Shown here piece after piece: positions 60,854 to 64,000 of a DNA stretch of 64,000 bases (positions are counted from its first letter, which is position 1; each line of letters begins with the position of its first letter). The DNA is from a bacterium. Lineage in GTDB: Bacteria > Bacteroidota > Bacteroidia > Bacteroidales > Muribaculaceae. The DNA is taken from positions 125,879 through 189,878 of the forward strand of contig JAAVBX010000005.1 of the NCBI GenBank assembly GCA_014802625.1. Reading direction: 5' to 3'. The notes below the pieces were generated by a model that saw nothing but the letters and a program-made list of their open reading frames with translations, did no database searches and had not been told where the DNA came from. Position numbers and translations under genes: made by a program.

Positions 60854-62071
60854 TTAGTTTTCGAGTTCGGCTACGGAAAGATCCGGTGTGGCCGGGCGTC
60901 GGGAGGGACCGAAGAAACGGTCGACTATCTGGGAGATAGCGCCGTCGCCGGTGACGTTGCAGGCGGTTCCGAAGGAGTCCATGGCAATATAGAGGGCGAT
61001 CATCATGGCCTGATTGGCTTCAGAGAAACCGAGCATCGAGGCCAACACACCGAGGGCAGCCATAATGCACCCGCCCGGCACACCGGGCGCCGCCACCATA
61101 GTGATGGCGAGCATGCAGACGAATCCCATGAACATCGGGGCATCGTAGGGCATACCCTCCATAATCATAAGGGCCACGGCGCAGGCCGTGATCTTCATGC
61201 AGCTGCCCGACATATGGATGGTGGCGCAGAGGGGCACGGTGAATCCGGCGATCTCCTCGCTGACCCCCATCTTGACGCATTGGCGGAGCGTCACGGGGAT
61301 GGTGGCTGCCGATGACTGGGTGCCGAGGGCCGTGAAATATGCCGGGAGCATCGTCAGCAACATCTTGAGGGGATTGCGCTTGACGAAGAGAGCTGCTATG
61401 GCATATTGCACGAGCAGAATGACGATGTGCATGGCGAAGATGACGAGGATAATCTTCGCGAAGGCGGCGATGACGGTGGCGACTTCGCCGGTGAGTGTCA
61501 TGTCGAGGAAAATCCCGAAGATATAGAGGGGGAGAAGCGGGATGATGGCCTTGCCGATGGCCATGCTGACGACATCGCGCAATTCGGAGAAGAATCCGCG
61601 CAGGGTGGGAGCTTTCAGCGTGGCGATGCAAATGCCGAGGAGGAAAGCGAGCACGAGTGCCGTCATCACCTCCATCATGGGGGGCATATTGACGGTGAAG
61701 TAGGGTTCGATAGTCACATCCGAGCCTGAGAGGGCTTCAGCCGATTCGCGCACGGATATGAGGGAGGGGAAAACGGCGTCGCCGACGAAGAAGGCCATCA
61801 TTCCGGCGCCGGTAGTGGAGAGATAGGCGAGGGCCACCGTCAGAAGAAGCACCTTGCCGGCCTTGTTGCCGACCTCGGCGATGGCGGGCGCCACGAATCC
61901 GATAATGAGCAGGGGAATCAGGAACCCGAGGAACTGGGAGAAGATGGCATTGAAGGTCGCGAACGGGCGAGCGAGCCATATCGGAGCGAATTGCCCGACG
62001 GCTATACCGAGTGCCAACGCTATGAGAATCTGCACGAGGAGATTTACTCGTTTGAGTGAAAATCGTTTCAT
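60854..62071 (-). CDS. Dicarboxylate/amino acid:cation symporter (DAACS)
   Basis: TQSSAATIP, PLCATIH, APGVPGG, DSFGTACNVTGD. Confidence 0.92.
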   Translation of the reverse strand: MKRFSLKRVNLLVQILIALALGIAVGQFAPIWLARPFATFNAIFSQFLGFLIPLLIIGFVAPAIAEVGNKAGKVLLLTVALAYLSTTGAGMMAFFVGDAVFPSLISVRESAEALSGSDVTIEPYFTVNMPPMMEVMTALVLAFLLGICIATLKAPTLRGFFSELRDVVSMAIGKAIIPLLPLYIFGIFLDMTLTGEVATVIAAFAKIILVIFAMHIVILLVQYAIAALFVKRNPLKMLLTMLPAYFTALGTQSSAATIPVTLRQCVKMGVSEEIAGFTVPLCATIHMSGSCMKITACAVALMIMEGMPYDAPMFMGFVCMLAITMVAAPGVPGGCIMAALGVLASMLGFSEANQAMMIALYIAMDSFGTACNVTGDGAISQIVDRFFGPSRRPATPDLSVAELEN

Positions 62072-62084
62072 GATGCAAAAATAC

Positions 62085-62123
62085 GAAAAATCTCCGTATC
62101 AGCATTGATGACGGAGATTTTTC
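62085..62123 (-). terminator. Intrinsic terminator
   Basis: gaaaaatctccgt...acggagatttttc. Confidence 0.7.
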
Positions 62124-62180
62124 TTTAGAGTGAGTTTACTTTTATTAGAGTGAGTTATAAATTTCCCGGAGTCATACAGC

Positions 62181-64000
62181 TTATTTCCCTCCCCGGTAAT
62201 CGTTGACGATGACGCGGTTGTCGCGGAAGGTGTCATAGGTGCTCTTTCCGGTGCCGTTGATGACGTATCCGAATCCGCGTTTCCCTCCGTTGGACAGGGA
62301 ATTGTTGCAGGCATGGAAGACTTCGACACCATCGGCATCGGGCACCTCGATCGAGTTCTCGATTTTGATTTCGTTGACCAGGACATCGTAAATGCCGAGG
62401 GCCGCGGCGTAGTGATTTTTCACACCGTCGGCCACCTTGTAGGCGGCGTAGCCGGGACGGGTGCCGTTCTCGCTCATATAATGGCCCTGAGTGGGGGAGT
62501 CGTAGGGGGTCTCGCACTGATAGAAGTACATGCGTCCGTTCTCACCGTTCCATAGAGACTGATATTCCTGAAAGTGCTCGTTGAAGAGGCCGTAGACAGT
62601 GACATCGTCACCGTTGACCACAAGTCCGTTGGAGGCGGTATTGATATCCCATCCCACACTTCCGCGCACACCATGGTCGGCACGCCAGATCCAGAAATGA
62701 TCTCCCACGACATCGTTGCTGTTGATCTCAACGGCGCGGTCAACGTGGACTTTATCAGGCCGGAAGCCACCGATGCGGAAAAAGAGGTCGGAGAGGAGGA
62801 TGGGGGAGGCGCTGTGGTCGACGTCGTTTTTCTCATTTCCTACCTTGAGGAGAGTGTCGGAACTGTAGTGGGCGTCGAAGAGCAGGGATGCGACAGCGAC
62901 ATTGTCGACGTCATCGATGACGATGGCTCCTTCGCGATTATTTTCACCGGGGGTCAAGGTGGCCCAACCGATACCCATGACAATCGTGCCGGGGCGAGTG
63001 ATGCGGAGGGGTTGCTCAAGGGTATACATTCCCGGAGTTATGAGCAGATTGCGTCCCGAGGCGAGGGCCTTATTCATGTCGGAGGCGGAAGCTCCCGGTT
63101 TTATCACCTCGAAGGTATCGAGAAGATCGAGATATTCACCCTCTCCGGGATTTCCGGGGGAAAAGGAGACACCCTTGGCATCCCTTCTGAAGGCGGGGCG
63201 GAACACTTTGTATCTGCCGTCGGGACCGATGCAGAGGAAGGGCTTCTCGGCGATGACGGGGGTGGAATCAATGATTGTGACGTTGCCCCCCTCATCCCAA
63301 TTATTACGATAGGTCGACATATCGGCCTCCGGACCGAATTCCACTCCCTGGAAGCAGTAATTATATTTTTCCTCACGGAAATCACCTCTTCCCTTGTTGA
63401 GCATGGAGTTACGATAATACCATTGCTGCTGATGGTCGGAACCGGCGGGAGCCTCGAAGAGGCAATCAGCCGCATAGCCGCCGCTGACCCATCCGTCGCC
63501 CCATTGGGTGCGCAACGTGCGTTGTGAGACTATGCGTCTCATGGGAGCTGCCTGAGAGACGGCCCACTTGAATGTTTCCGGCTCATCGTAGGTCTCGGGC
63601 CCGATGACGGCCAGATTCTCTGCCGAACGCCAGAAGGTGCAGGTGCCGTTGCCGTCGCGCAGATGCGGGGGTGTATGGATATTGTCGATCTCCACTTCGT
63701 AGGGAGTGGCTCCCAGTCCGGCTATATGGACGTAGAAGGGGACGTTGATCAGACCGGCCCCCTTGTAATCACCGGGTTTGAAGAGGAGAGCATAGCGGTC
63801 GGCGCTCATTTCGCGTCCGAAAAGTCTGTGGTCGATGTCGCTCAGGCGGGAAGCGACGGAATCCATATTATCGGTGGGGGAGAAAAAGAGAATCTTATCT
63901 CCGAATAATTGGCGGTCAAACGAGAGGGTATCGATAGCGAGGCCCGATGCATCGAGAATACGATAATATGCGGAGGCCGGATAAGACGTGGCGTTATCGG
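62181..64000 (-). CDS. GH55-like beta-1,3-glucanase (5' end beyond the window)
   Basis: Frame is open to the window edge (LFGDKILFFSP); RYALLFKPG, FWRSAEN, WAVSQAAP, WIWRADHG, EHFQ..FYQCE. Confidence 0.8.
   Translation of the reverse strand, partial: DNATSYPASAYYRILDASGLAIDTLSFDRQLFGDKILFFSPTDNMDSVASRLSDIDHRLFGREMSADRYALLFKPGDYKGAGLINVPFYVHIAGLGATPYEVEIDNIHTPPHLRDGNGTCTFWRSAENLAVIGPETYDEPETFKWAVSQAAPMRRIVSQRTLRTQWGDGWVSGGYAADCLFEAPAGSDHQQQWYYRNSMLNKGRGDFREEKYNYCFQGVEFGPEADMSTYRNNWDEGGNVTIIDSTPVIAEKPFLCIGPDGRYKVFRPAFRRDAKGVSFSPGNPGEGEYLDLLDTFEVIKPGASASDMNKALASGRNLLITPGMYTLEQPLRITRPGTIVMGIGWATLTPGENNREGAIVIDDVDNVAVASLLFDAHYSSDTLLKVGNEKNDVDHSASPILLSDLFFRIGGFRPDKVHVDRAVEINSNDVVGDHFWIWRADHGVRGSVGWDINTASNGLVVNGDDVTVYGLFNEHFQEYQSLWNGENGRMYFYQCETPYDSPTQGHYMSENGTRPGYAAYKVADGVKNHYAAALGIYDVLVNEIKIENSIEVPDADGVEVFHACNNSLSNGGKRGFGYVINGTGKSTYDTFRDNRVIVNDYRGGK

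Overview
Bacteroidales-type chromosomal region (TTTG-N19/20-TAnnTTTG promoters, SusC/SusD, many proteins with short T9SS-like C-terminal tails; Muribaculaceae-like, by inference). Housekeeping genes (ftcD, polyprenyl synthetase, TatD, two CPA2 antiporters, MgtC, dacB, rsmI, serB, a DAACS symporter, a GH55-like glucanase) alternate with accessory blocks. The most notable element is an ~8.6-kb integrase-less island in tRNA-Ser(GGA), bounded by a 99-bp direct repeat (20171-20269 / 28679-28777). It carries a long structured leader RNA and four co-oriented genes: a tandem SAM-like protein, a sacsin/NOV GHKL-ATPase-DUF3883 nuclease, a translationally coupled catalytically dead FtsZ homologue, and an ADP-ribosylglycohydrolase. 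This is a candidate undescribed defence/decoy system. Other points: a second large structured RNA (~1205-1580), a probable small-toxin ORF, decayed TA modules, two copies of a MITE-like element, a RAYT pseudogene with REP array, an AraC regulon with a positionally conserved palindrome, and a large C10 protease operon. All family calls are from motif recognition by eye; no searches were run.
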